Of a DNA stretch of 64,000 nucleotides, positions 1-12,500 are shown in pieces. Numbering within the stretch: the first letter of the stretch is position 1; every line of letters begins with the position of its first letter. Position numbers and translations under genes: made by a program. Origin of the DNA: the human T2T-CHM13v2.0 reference genome, Homo sapiens; the NCBI RefSeq assembly GCF_009914755.1, contig NC_060927.1; one strand, written 5' to 3'. The notes beneath the pieces were generated by a model. The model did not search any database and had not been told where the DNA came from. It saw only the letters and a program-made list of their open reading frames with translations.

Positions 1-179
1 TTTGAGGCCTACAGTAGGAAAGGAAATATCTTCACCTAAAAACTAGACAGAAGTATTGTGAGAAACTTATTTGTGATATCTGCATTCAACGCACAGAGTT
101 GAACATTCCTCTTGATGGAGCCGTTTTGAAACACTCTTTTTGTAGAATCTGCAAGTGGATATTTGGACCTCTTTGTGGC

Positions 180-196
180 CTTCGTGTGAAACGTGA
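180..196 (+). promoter_or_regulatory. Degenerate CENP-B box in m1 (CTTCGTGTGAAACGTGA; CGGG changed to CGTG), representative of every HOR
   Basis: Compared with the established core NTTCGNNNNANNCGGGN: one essential position is mismatched. Confidence 0.8.
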
Positions 197-518
197 TTTG
201 TTCATTTACAACTAGACAGAAGAATTCTCAGAAACTTCTTTGTGATGTGTACTTTCAACTCACAGAGTTGAAGCTTCCTTTCAATAGAGCACTTTTGAAA
301 CTCAGTTTCTGTAGAATTTCCAGGTGGATATTTAGCGCCGTTTGAGGCCTATGGTAGAAAAGGCTATATCTTCATAGAAAAACTAGACAGAATGATTCTC
401 AGAAACAACTTTGTGATGTGTGCGTTCAACTCACTGAGTTTAACCTTTCTTTTGATAGACCAGTTATGAAACACTCTTTTTGTAGAATCTGCAAGTAAAT
501 ATTGGACTTTTTTGAGGC

Positions 519-535
519 CTTCCTTGGAAACGGGA
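519..535 (+). promoter_or_regulatory. Degenerate CENP-B box in m3 (CTTCCTTGGAAACGGGA here; CTTCATTGGAAACGGG in other copies)
   Basis: TTCG is changed to TTCC or TTCA; the CGGG half is intact. Confidence 0.8.
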
Positions 536-1027
536 TTTCTTCATATAAACCTTGACAGAAGAATTCTCAGAAACTTCTTTGTGATGTGTGCATTTAACTC
601 TCAGAGTTCAACCTTCCTTTTGATAGAAGAGTGTTGAAATATTCTTTTTGTATAATTTCCAAGTGAATATTTAGAGCGGTTTCAGGCCTATGTAGAAGAG
701 GAAATATCTTCACAGAAAAACTAGACATAATTGCTCTCTGAAGCTACTTTGTGATGTGCGCATTCGGCTTACAGAGTTTAACCTTTCTTTGGATGGAGCG
801 GTTTTAAACACTCTTTTTGAGGAATTTGCAATTCTATATTTAGAGTGCTTTCAGGCCTGTGGTACAAAAGGGAATGTCCTCACATAAAATCTAGACAGAA
901 GCATTGTCGGAAACTATTTTGTGTTACCTGCCTTCAGCTCTCAGAGTTGAATATTCCTCTTGATGGAGCAGTTTTGAAAAACTCTTTTTGTTGAATCTCC
1001 AAGTGGATATTTGGACCTCTTTGTGGC

Positions 1028-1044
1028 CTTCGTTTGAAACGTGA
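1028..1044 (+). promoter_or_regulatory. Degenerate CENP-B box in m6 (CTTCGTTTGAAACGTGA)
   Basis: TTCG is intact and CGGG is changed to CGTG. It contains the 5-1-5 inverted repeat CGTTT-G-AAACG. Confidence 0.8.
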
Positions 1045-1367
1045 CTGCTTCATACAAAACTGGACAGAAGAATTATCATAAACTTCTTCGTGATGTGTGC
1101 TTTCAACTGGCAGCGTTGAAGCTTCCTTTCGATAGAGCAGTTTTCTAACTCTCTTTTTGTAGAATTTCCCGGTGGATATTTAGCGCCTTTTGAGGCCCAT
1201 GGTGGAAAAGGCAATATCTTCATAGAAAAACTAGACCGAATCATTCTCAGAAACTACTTTGTGATGTGTGCCTTCAACTCACAGAGTTTAACCTTTCTTT
1301 TGATAGAGCAGTTTTGAAAAACTCTTTTTGTAGAATCTGCAAGTGTATATTGGGACTTTTCTGAGGC

Positions 1368-1384
1368 TATCTTTGGAAACGGGA
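1368..1384 (+). promoter_or_regulatory. Degenerate CENP-B box in m8 (TATCTTTGGAAACGGGA)
   Basis: TTCG is changed to ATCT; the CGGG half is intact. Confidence 0.75.
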
Positions 1385-2727
1385 TTTCTTCATATAAAAC
1401 TTGAAAGAAGAATCCTCAGAAAATTATTTGTGATATGTGCATTTAACTCATGGAGTTGAAACTTCCTTTCGATAGAAGAGTTTTGAAATACTCTTTTTGT
1501 AGAATTTCCAAGTGGATTTTTACAGCGGTTTGAGGTCTATGGCAGAAAAAGGAATATCTTCACAGAAAAACTAGGCAGATTCATTCTCCGAAGCTGTTTT
1601 GTGATGCTTGCATTAAGCTGACAGAGTTTAAACTTCCTTTGATAGAGCAGTTTGGAAACACTCTTTTTGTGGAATTTGCAAGTGTATATTTAGAGCGTTT
1701 TGAGGCCTACAGTAGGAAAGGAAATATCTTCACATAAAAACTAGACAGAAGTATTGTCAGAAACTTATTTGTGATATTTGCATTCAACGCACAGAGTTGA
1801 ACATTCCTCTTGATGGAGCCGTTTTGAAACACTCTTTTTGTAGAATCTGCAAGTGGATATTTGGACCTCTTTGTGGCCTTCGTGTGAAACGTGATTTCTT
1901 CATTTACAACTAGACAGAAGAATTCTCAGAAACTTCTTTGTGATGTGTACTTTCAACTCACAGAGTTGAAGCTTCCTTTCAATAGAGCTCTTTTGAAACT
2001 CAGTTTTTGTAGAATTTCCAGGTGGATATTTAGCGCCGTTTGAGGCCTAAGGTAGAAAATACAATATCTTCGTAGAAAAACTAGACAGAATGATTCTCAG
2101 AAAAAACTTTGTGATGTGTGCGTTCAACTAACTGAGTTTAACCTTTCTTTTGATAGACCAGTTATGAAACACTCTTTTTGTACAATCTGCAAGTAAATAT
2201 TCGACTTTTTTGAGGCCTTCATTGGAAACGGGATTTCTTCATATAAACCTTGACAGAAGAATTCTCAGAAACTTCTTTGTGATGTGTGCATTTAACTCTC
2301 AGAGGTCAACCTTCCTTTTGATAGAAGAGGGTTGAAATATTCTTTTTGTAGAATTTCCAAGTGAATATTTAGAGCGGTTTCAGGCCTATGTAGAAGAGGA
2401 AATATCTTCACAGAAAAACTAGACATAATTGTTCTCTGAAGCTACTTTGTGATGTGCGCATTCAGCTTACAGAGTTTAACCTTTCTTTGGATGGAGCGGT
2501 TTTAAACACTATTTTGTGGAATTTGCAATTCTATATTTAGAGTGCTTTCAGGCCTGTGGTACAAAAGGGAATGTCGTCACATAAAATCTAGACAGAAGCA
2601 TTGTCGGAAACTATTTTGTGATACCTGCCTTCAACTCTCAGAGTTGAATATTCCTCTTGATGGAGCAGTTTTGAAAAACTCTTTTTGTTGAATCTCCAAG
2701 TGGATATTTGGTCCTCTTTGTGGCCTT

Positions 2728-2744
2728 CGTTTGAAACCTAAACG
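2728..2744. other. Inversion (strand-switch) junction joining forward m6 to reverse m2
   Basis: The sequence reads ...ggccttcgtttgaaac (forward m6, ends 2737) + ct + aaacggcgctaaatatccacctgg (reverse m2, from 2740). The expected forward continuation gtgactgc is absent. Confidence 0.95.
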
Positions 2745-5700
2745 GCGCTAAATATCCACCTGGAAATTCTACCAAAACTCAGTTTCAATAGTGCTCTAGT
2801 GAAAGGAAGCTTCACCTCTGTGAGTTGAAGGTACACATCACAAAGAAGTTTCTGAGAATTCTTCTGTCTAGTTGTAAATGAAGAAATCACGTTTCAAACG
2901 AAGGCCTCAAAGAGGTCCAAATGTCCAACTGCAGATTCTGCATAAAGAGGGTTTCAAAACGTCTCCATCAAGAGGAATGTTCAACTCTGTGCGTTGAATG
3001 CAAATATCACAAATAAGTTTCTGACAATAATTCTGTCTAGTTTTTATGTGAAGATATTTCCTTTCCCACTGTAGGCCTCAAAACGCTCTAAATATACATT
3101 TGCAAATTCCACAAAAAGAGTGTTTCCAAACTGCTCTGTCAAAGGAAGTTTAAACTCTGTCAGCTTAATGCAAGCATCACAAAACAGCTTCGGAAAATGA
3201 ATCTGCCTAGTTTTTCTGTGAAGATATTTCTTTTTCCGCCATAGACCTCAAACCGCTGTAAAAATCCACTTGGAAATTCTACAAAAAGAGTATTTCAAAA
3301 CGCTTCTATCGAAAGGAAGTTTCAACTCCATGAGTTAAATGCACATATCAAAAATAATTTTCTGAGGATTCTTCCTTCAAGTTTTATACGAAGAAATCCC
3401 GTTCCCAAAGATGGCCTCTGAAAAGTCCCAATATACACTTGCAGATTCTACAAAAAGAGTTTTTCAAAACTGCTCTATCAAAAGAAAGGTTAAACTCTGT
3501 GAGTTGAAGGCACACATCACAAAGTAGTTTCTGAGAATCATTCTGTCTAATTTTTCTAGGAAGATATTGCCTTTTCCACCATAGGCCTCAAACGGCGCCA
3601 AATATCCACTTGGAAATTCTACAAAAAGAAAGTCACAAAACTGCTCTATCGAAAGGAAGCTTCAATGCTGCGAGTTGAAAGCACACATCACGAAGAAGTT
3701 TATGAGAATTCTTCTGTCTACTTTTGTATGAAGCAGTCACGTTTCAAACGAAGGCCACAAAGAGGTCCAAATACCCACTTGGAGATTCAACAAAAAGAGT
3801 TTTTCAAAACTGCTCCATCAAGAGGAATATTCAACTCTGAGAGTTGAAGGCAGGTATCACCAAGTAGTTTCCGACAATGCTTCTGTCTAGATTTTATGTG
3901 AAGACATTCCCTTTTGTACCACAGGCCTGAAAGCACTCTATATACAGAATTGCAAATTCCACAAAAAGAGTGTTTAAAACCGCTCTATCCAAAGAAAGGT
4001 TGAACTCTGTCAGCTGAATGCGCACATCACAGAGTAGCTTCAGAGAACAATTGTGTCAAGTTTTTCTGTGAAGATATTTTCTCTTCTACATAGGCCTGAA
4101 ACCGCTCTAAATATTCACTTGGAAATTCTACAAAAAGAATATTTCAACACTCTTCTATCAAAAGGAAGGTTGAACTCTGAGAGTTAAACGCACACATCAC
4201 AGAGAAGTTTCTGAGAATTCTTCTGTCAAGGTTTATATGAAGAAACCCCGTTTCCAATGAAGGCCTCAAAAAAGTCCAAATATTTACTTGCAGATTCTAC
4301 AAAAAGAGAGTTTCATAACTGGTCTATCAAAAGAAAGGTTAAACTCAGTGAGTTGAACCCACACATCACAAGGTAGCTTCTGAGAATCATTCTGTCTAGT
4401 TCTCCTACGAAGAGATTGCCTTTTCTAGCATAGGCCTCAAACGGCGCTAAATATCCACCTGGAAATTCTACCGAAACAGAGTTTCAAAAGTGCTCTATTG
4501 AAAGGAAGCTTCACCTCTGTGAGTTGAAGGTACACATCACAAAAAAGTTTCTGAGAATTCTTCTGTCTAGTTGTAAATGAAGAAATCACGTTTCAAACGA
4601 AGGCCACAAAGAGGTCCAAATATCCACCTGCAGATTCTGCAAAAAGAGGGTTTCAAAACGGCTCCATCAAGAGGAATGATCAACTCTGTGCGTTGAATTC
4701 AAATATCACAAATAAGTTTCTGACAATACTTCTGTCTAGTTTTTATGTGAAGATATTTCCTTTGCTACTGTAGGCCTCAAAACGCTCTAAATATACACTT
4801 GCAAATTCCACAAAAAGAGTGTTTCCAAACTGCTCTATCAAAGGAAGTTTAAACTCTGTCAGCTTAATGCAAGCATCACAAAACAGCTTCGGAGAATGAA
4901 TCTGCCTAGTTTTTCTGTGAAGATATTTCTTTTTCCGCCATAGACCTCAAACCGCTGTAAAAATCCACTTGGAAATTCTACAAAAAGAGTATTTCAAAAC
5001 GCTTCTATCGAAAGGAAGTTTCAACTCCATCAGTTAAATGCACATATCTCAAATAATTTTCTGAGGATTCTTCCTTCAAGTTTTATACGAAGAAATCCCG
5101 TTTCTAAAGATGGCCTCAGAAAAGTCCCAATATACACTTACAGATTCTACAAGAAGAGTTTTTCAAAACTGCTCTATCAAAAGAAAGGTTAAACTCTGTG
5201 AGTTGAAGGCACACATCACAATGTAGTTTCTGAGAATCATTCTGTCTAGTTTTTCTAGGAAGATATTGCATTTTCCACCATAAGCCTCAAACGGCGCCAA
5301 ATATCCACTTGGAAATTCTACAAAAAGAGAGTCACAAAACTGCTCTATCGAAAGGAAGCTTCAACGCTGCGAGTTGAAAGCACACATCACGAAGAAGTTT
5401 ATGAGAATTCTTCTGTCTACTTTTGTATGAAGCAGTCACGTTTCAAACGAAGGCCACAAAGAGGTCCAAATACCCACGTGGAGATTCAACAAAAAGAGTT
5501 TTTCAAAACTGCTCCATCAAGAGGAACATTCAACTCTGAGAGTTGAAGGCAGGTATCACCAAGTCGTTTCCGACAATGCTTCTATCTAGATTTTATGTGA
5601 AGACATTCCCTTTTGTACCACAGGCCTGCAAGCACTCTAATTATAGAATTGCAAATTCCACAAAAAGAGTGTTTAAAACCGCTCTATCCAAAGAAAGGTT

Positions 5701-8700
5701 AAACTCTGTCAGCTGAATGCGCACATCACAGAGTAGCTTCAGAGAACAATTGTGTCTAGTTTTTCTGTGAAGATATTTTCTCTTCTACATAGGCCTGAAA
5801 CCGCTCAAAATATTCACTTGGAAATTCTACAAAAAGAATATTTCAACACTCTTCTATCAAAAGGAAGGTTGAACTCTGAGAGTTAAACGCACACATCACA
5901 GAGAAGTTTCTGAGAATTCTTCTGTCAAGGTTTATATGAAGAAACCCCGTTTCCAATGAAGGCCTCAAAAAAGTCCAAATATTTACTTGCAGATTCTACA
6001 AAAACAGTGTTTCATAACGGGTCTATCAAAAGAAAGGTTAAACTCAGTGAGTGGAACCCACACATCAAAAGGTAGCTTCTGAGAATCATTCTGTCTAGTT
6101 CTCCTACGAAGATATTGCCTTTTCTAGCATAGGCCTCAAACGGCGCTAAATATCCACCTGGAAATTCTACCGAAACTGAGTTTCAAAAGTGCTCTATTGA
6201 AAGGAAGCTTCACCTCTGTGAGTTGAAGGTACACATCACAAAAAAGTTTCTGAGAATTCTTCTGTCTAGTTGTAAATGAAGAAATCACGTTTCAAACGAA
6301 GGCCACAAAGAGGTCCAAATATCCACCTGCAGATTCTGCAAAAAGAGGGTTTCAAAACTGCTCCATCAAGAGGAATGTTCAACTCTGTGCGTTGAATGCA
6401 AATATCACAAATAAGTTTCTGACAATACTTCTGTCTAGTTTTTATGTGAAGATATTTCCTTTCCTACTGTAGGCCTCAAAACGCTCTAAATATACACTTG
6501 CAAATTCCACAAAAAGAGTGTTTCCAAACTGCTCTATCAAAGGAAGTTTAAACTCTGTCAGCTTAATGCAAGCATCACAAAACAGCTTCGGAGAATGAAT
6601 CTGCCTAGTTTTTCTGTGAAGATATTTCTTTTTCCGCCATAGACCTCAAACCGCTGTAAAAATCCACTTGGAACTTCTACAAAAAGAGTATTTCAAAACG
6701 CTTCTATCGAAAGGAAGTTTCAACTCCATCAGTTAAATGCACATATCTCAAATAATTTTCTGAGGATTCTTCCTTCAAGTTTTATACGAAGAAATCCCGT
6801 TTCCAAAGATGGCCTCAGGAAAGTCCCAATATACACTTGCAGATTCTACAAAAAGAGTTTTTCAAAAGTGCTCTATCAAAAGAAAGGTGAAACTCTGTGA
6901 GTTGAAGGCACACATCACAATGTAGTTTCTGAGAATCATTCTGTCTAGTTTTTCTAGGAAGATATTGCCTTTTCCACCATAAGCCTCAAACGGCGCCAAA
7001 TATCCACTTGGAAATTCTACAAAAAGAGAGTCACAAAAGTGCTCTATCGAAAGGAAGCTTCAACGCTGCGAGTTGAAAGCACACATCACGAAGAAGTTTA
7101 TGAGAATTCTTGTGTCTACTTTTGTATGAAGCAGTCACGTTTCAAACTAAGGACACAAAGAGGTCCAAATACCCACTTGGAGATTCAACAAAAAGAGTTT
7201 TTCAAAACTGCTCCATCAAGAGGAATATTCAACTCTGAGAGTTGAAGACAGGTATCACCAAGTAGTTTCCGACAATGCTTCTATCTAGATTTTATGTGAA
7301 GACCTTCCCTTTTGTACCACAGGCCTGAAAGCACTCTAATTATAGAATTGCAAATTCCACAAAAAGAGTGTTTAAAACCGCTCTATCCAAAGAAAGGTTA
7401 AACTCTGTCAGCTGAATGCGCACATCACAGAGTAGCTTCAGAGAACAATTGTGTCTAGTTTTTCTGTGAAGATATTTTCTCTTCTACATAGGCCTGAAAC
7501 CGCTCAAAATATTCACTTGGAAATTCTACAAAAAGAATATTTCAACACTCTTCTATCAAAAGGAAGGTTGAACTCTGAGAGTTAAACGCACACATCACAG
7601 AGAAGTTTCTGAGAATTCTTCTGTCAAGGTTGATATGAAGAAACCCCGTTTCCAATGAAGGCCTCAAAAAAGTCCAAATATTTACTTGCAGATTCTACAA
7701 AAACAGTGTTTCATAACGGGTCTATCAAAAGAAAGGTTAAACTCAGTGAGTTGAACCCACACATCACAAGGTAGCTTCTGAGAATCATTCTGTCTAGTTC
7801 TCCTACGAAGATATTGCCTTTTCTAGCATAGGCCTCAAACGGCGCTAAATATCCACCTGGAAATTCTACCGAAACTGAGTTTCAAAAGTGCTCTATTGAA
7901 AGGAAGCTTCACCTCTGTGAGTTGAAAGTACACATCACAAAGAAGTTTCTGAGAATTCTTCTGTCTAGTTGTAAATGAAGAAATCACGTTTCAAACGAAG
8001 GCCACAAAGAGGTCCAAATATCCACCTGCAGATTCTGCAAAAAGAGTGTTTCAAAACGGCTCCATCAAGAGGAATGTTCAACTCTGTGCGTTGAATGCAA
8101 ATATCACAAATAAGTTTCTGACAATACTTCTGTCTAGTTTTTATGTGAAGATATTTCCTTTCCTACTGTAGGCCTCAAAACGCTCTAAATATACACTTGC
8201 AAATTCCACATAAAGAGTGTTTCCAAACTGCTCTATCAAAGGAAGTTTAAACTCTGTCAGCTTAATGCAAGCATCACAAAACAGCTTCGGAGAATGAATC
8301 TGCCTAGTTTTTCTGTGAAGATATTTCTTTTTCCGCCATAGACCTCAAACCGCTGTAAAAATCCACTTGGAAATTCTACAAAAAGAGTATTTCAAAACGC
8401 TTCTATCTAAAGGAAGTTTCAACTCCATGAGTTAAATGCACATATCTCAAATAATTTTCTGAGGATTCTTCCTTCAAGTTTTATACGAAGAAATCCCGTT
8501 TCCAAAGATGGCCTCAGAAAAGTCCCAATATACACTTGCAGATTCTACAAAAAGAGTTTTTCAAAACTGCTCTATCAAAAGAAAGGTTAAACTCTGTGAG
8601 TTGAAGGCACACATCACAATGTAGTTTCTGAGAATCATTCTGTCTAGTTTTTCTAGGAAGATATTGCATTTTCCACCATAAGCCTCAAACGGCGCCAAAT

Positions 8701-9500
8701 ATCCACTTGGAAATTCTACAAAAAGAGAGTCACAAAACTGCTCTATCGAAAGGAAGCTTCAACGCTGCGAGTTGAAAGCACACATCACGAAGAAGTTTAT
8801 GAGAATTCTTCTGTCTACTTTTGTATGAAGCAGTCACGTTTCAAACGAAGGCCACAAAGAGGTCCAAATACCCACGTGGAGATTCAACAAAAAGAGTTTT
8901 TCAAAACTGCTCCATCAAGAGGAATATTCAACTCTGAGAGTTGAAGGCAGGTATCACCAAGTCGTTTCCGACAATGCTTCTGTCTAGATTTTATGTGAAG
9001 ACATTCCCTTTTGTACGACAGGCCTGAAAGCACTCTAAATATAGAATTGCAAATTCCACAAAAAGAGTGTTTAAAAGCACTCTATCCAAAGAAAGGTTAA
9101 ACTCTGTCAGCTGAATGCGCACATCACAGAGTAGCTTCAGAGAACAATTGTGTCTAGTTTTTCTGTGGAGATATTTTCTCTTCTACATAGGCCTGAAACC
9201 GCTCTAAATATTCACTTGGAAATTCTACAAAAAGAATATTTCAACACTCTTCTATCAAAAGGAAGGTTGAACTCTGAGAGTTAAACGCACACATCACAGA
9301 GAAGTTTCTGAGAATTCTTCTGTCAAGGTTTATATGAAGAAACCCCGTTTCCAATGAAGGCCTCAAGAAAGTCCAAATATTTACTTGCAGATTCTACAAA
9401 AAGAATGTTTCATAACTGGTCTATCAAAAGAAAGGTTAAACTCAGTGAGTTGAACACACACATAACAAGGTAGCTTCTGAGAATCATTGTGTCTAGTTCT
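2740..9500 (-). repeat. Divergent HOR sub-lineage block (~4 copies)
   Basis: Private markers absent downstream: ttttccgcc, aaaacgcttc, ccttcaagttttatacg, tctaggaag, cggcgccaa, gtcacaaaa, atacccac, atcaccaagt, gagtagcttc, acaattgtgtc. The right boundary lies between ~9410 and ~10090. Confidence 0.85.
3568..3584 (+). promoter_or_regulatory. pJalpha/A-box-like motif of A-type monomer m7 (TGCCTTTTCCACCATAG), repeated in each HOR
   Basis: Near match to the described pJalpha site TTCCTTTTYCACCRTAG, at the position equivalent to the CENP-B box. Confidence 0.6.
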
Positions 9501-12500
9501 CCTACGAAGATATTGCCTTTTCTACCATAGGCCTCAAACGGCGCTAAATATCCACCTGGAAATTCTACCAAAACTGAGTTTCAAAAGTGCTCTATTGAAA
9601 GGAAGCTTCACCTCTGTGAGTTGAAGGTACACATCACAAAGAAGTTTCTGAGAATTCTTCTGTCTAGTTGTAAATGAAGAAATCACGTTTCAAACGAAGG
9701 CCACAAAGAGGTCCAAATATCCACCTGCAGATTCTACAAAAAGAGGGTTTCAAAACTGCTCCATCAAGAGGAATGTTCAACTCTGTGCGTTGAATGCAAA
9801 TATCACAAATCAGTTTCTGACAATACTTCTGTCTAGTATTTTGTGAAGATATTTCCTTTCCTACTGTAGGCCTCAAAACGCTCTAAATATACACTTGCAA
9901 ATTCCACAAATGAGTGTTTCCAAACTGCTCTCTCAAAGGAAGTTTAAACTCTGTCAGCTTAATGCAAGCATCACAAAACAGCTTCGGAGAATGAATCTGC
10001 CTAGTTTTTCTGTGAAGATATTTCTTTTTCAGCCATAGACCTCAAACCGCGGTAAAAATCCACTTGGAAATTCTACAAAAAGAGTATTTCAAAACTCTTC
10101 TATCGAAAGGAAGTTTCAACTCCATGAGTTAAATGCACATATCAGAAATAATTTTCTGAGGATTCTTCTTTAAAGTTTTATATGAAGAAATCCCGTTTCC
10201 AAAGATGGCCTCAGAAAAGTCCCAATATACACTTGCAGATTCTACAAAAAGAGTTTTTCAAAACTGCTCTACCAAAAGGAAGGTTAAACTCTGTGAGTTG
10301 AAGGCACACATCACAAAGTAGTTTCTGAGAATCATTCTGTCTAGTTTTTCTATGAAGATATTGCCTTTTCCACCATAGGCCTCAAATGGCGCTGAATATC
10401 CACTTGGAAATTCTACAAAAAGAGAGTTACTAAACTGCTCTATCGAAAGGAAGCTTCAACGGTGCGAGTTGAAAGCACACATCAGGAAGAAGTTTATGAG
10501 AATTCTTCTGTCTACTTTTGTATGAAGCAGTCACGTTTCAAACGAAGGCCACAAAGAGGTCCAAATATCCACTTGGAGAATCAACAAAAAGAGTTTTACA
10601 AAACTGCTCCATCAAGAGGAATATTCAACTCTGAGAGTTGAAGGCAGGTATCACAAAGTAGTTCCCGACAATGCTTCTGTCTTGATTTTATCTGAAGACG
10701 TTCCCTTTTGTACCACAGGCCTGAAAGCACTCTAAATATAGAATTGCAAATTCCACAAAAAGAGTGTTGAAAACCGCTCTATCCAAAGAAAGGTTAAACT
10801 CTGTCAGCGGAATGCGCACATCACAGAGCAGCTTCAGAGAACAATTATGTCTAGTTTTTCTGTGAAGATAGTTTCTCTTCTACATAGGCCTGAAACCGCT
10901 CTAAATATTCACTTGGAAATTCTACAAAAAGAATATTTCAACACTCTTCTATCAAAAGGAAGGTTGAACTCTGAGAGTTAAACACACACATCACAGAGAA
11001 GTTTCTGAGAATTCTTCTGTCAAGGTTTATATGAAGAAACCCCGTTTCCAATGAAGGCCTCAAAAAAGTCCAAATATTTACTTGCCGATTCCACAGAAAG
11101 AGTGTTTCATAACTGGTCTATCAAAAGAAAGGTTAAACTCAGTGAGTTGAACCCACGCATCCCAAAGTAGCTTCTGAGAATCATTCTGTCTAGTTCTCCT
11201 ACGAAGATATTGCCTTTTCTACCATAGGCCTCAAACGGCGCAAAATATCCACCTGGAAATTCTACCAAAAGTGAGTTTCAAAAGTGCTCTAGTGAAAGGA
11301 AGCTTCACCTCTGTGAGTTGAAGGTACACATCACAAAGAAGTTTCTGAGAATTCTTCTGTCTAGTTGTAAATGTAGAAATCACGTTTCAAACGAAGGCCA
11401 CAAAGAGGTCCAAATATCCACCTGCAGATTCTGCAAAAAAAGGGTTTCAAAACTGCTCCATCAAGAGGAATGTTCAACTCTGTGCGTTGAATGCAAATAT
11501 CACAAATAAGTTTCTGACAATACTTCTGTCTAGTTTTTATGTGAAGATATTTCCTTTCCTACTGTAGGCCTCAAAATGCTCTAAATATACACTTGCAAAT
11601 TCCACAAAAAGAGTGTTTCCAAACTGCTCTATCAAAGGAAGTTTATACTCTGTCAGCTTAATGCAAGCATCACAAAACAGCTTCGGAGAATGAATCTGCC
11701 TAGTTTTTCTGTGAAGATATTTCTTTTTCTGCCATAGACCTCAAACCGCTGTAAAAATCCACTTGGAAATTCTACAAAAAGAGTATTTCAAAACTCTTCT
11801 ATCGAAAGGAAGTCTCAACTCCATGAGTTAAATGCACATATCACAAATAATTTTCTGAGGATTCTTCTTTCAAGTTTTATATGAAGAAATCCCGTTTCCA
11901 AAGATGGCCTCAGAAAACTCATAATATACACTTGCAGATTCTACAAAAAGAGTTTTTCAAAACTGCTCTACCAAAAGGAAGGTTAAACTCTGTGAGTTGA
12001 AGACACACATCACAGAGTAGTTTCTGAGAATCATTCTGTCTAATTTTTCTATGAAGATATTGCCTTTCCACCATAGGCCTCAAACGGCGCTAAATATCCA
12101 CTTGGAAATTCTACAAAAAGAGAGTTACTAAACTGCTCTATCGAAAGGAAGCTTCAACGCTGCGAGTTGAAAGCACACATCACGAAGAAGTTTATGAGAA
12201 TTCTTCTGTCTACTTTTGTATGAAGCAGTCACGATTCAAACGAAGGCCACAAAGAGGTCCAAATATTCACTTGGAGATTCAACAAAAAGAGTTTTTCAAA
12301 ACTGCTCCGTCAAGAGGAATATTCAACTCTGCGTGTTGAAAGCTGGTATCACAAAGTAGTTCCCGACAATGCTTCTGTCTAGAATTTATGTGAAGACATT
12401 CCCTTTTGTCCCACAGGCCTGAAAGCACTCTAAATATACAATTGCAAATTCCACAAAAAGAGTGTTGAAAACCGCTCTATCCAAAGAAAGGTTAAACTCT

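Larger units (their letters stand above)
53..1750 (+). repeat. One complete 10-mer HOR unit: approximate monomers m1 53-221 (B), m2 222-392 (A), m3 393-560 (B), m4 561-730 (A), m5 731-900 (A), m6 901-1069 (B), m7 1070-1239 (A), m8 1240-1409 (B), m9 1410-1580 (A), m10 1581-1750 (A)
   Basis: Monomers were delimited at the agacagaa-like ends. A/B type was assigned from the box region (ggcctatggtrgaaaagg-like versus ggccttc.ttggaaacggga-like). Monomer numbering is my own. Confidence 0.9.
1..2737 (+). repeat. Alpha-satellite HOR array, forward orientation, ~1.6 copies of a 10-mer (period 1698 bp)
   Basis: Typical alphoid monomer motifs (ttctcagaaact..tttgtgatgtgtgc..ttcaactcacagagtt..gatagagcagttttgaaa..ctctttttgtagaat) recur every ~170 bp. 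gtattgt[g/c]agaaacttatt occurs at 53 and again at 1751 (distance 1698). Confidence 0.98.

Noticed and set aside
53-1750. Assignment to the active 1.7-kb 10-mer D16Z2
   Set aside because: Active SF1 arrays have a dimeric J1/J2 structure with intact CENP-B boxes; this HOR is pentamer-based and lacks them. Exact HOR identity needs HMM or BLAST.
2000-3500. Perfect fold-back palindrome (breakage-fusion-bridge or chimeric read) at the strand switch
   Set aside because: The arms join different monomers (m6 versus m2) and carry different haplotypes, so they are not mirror images.
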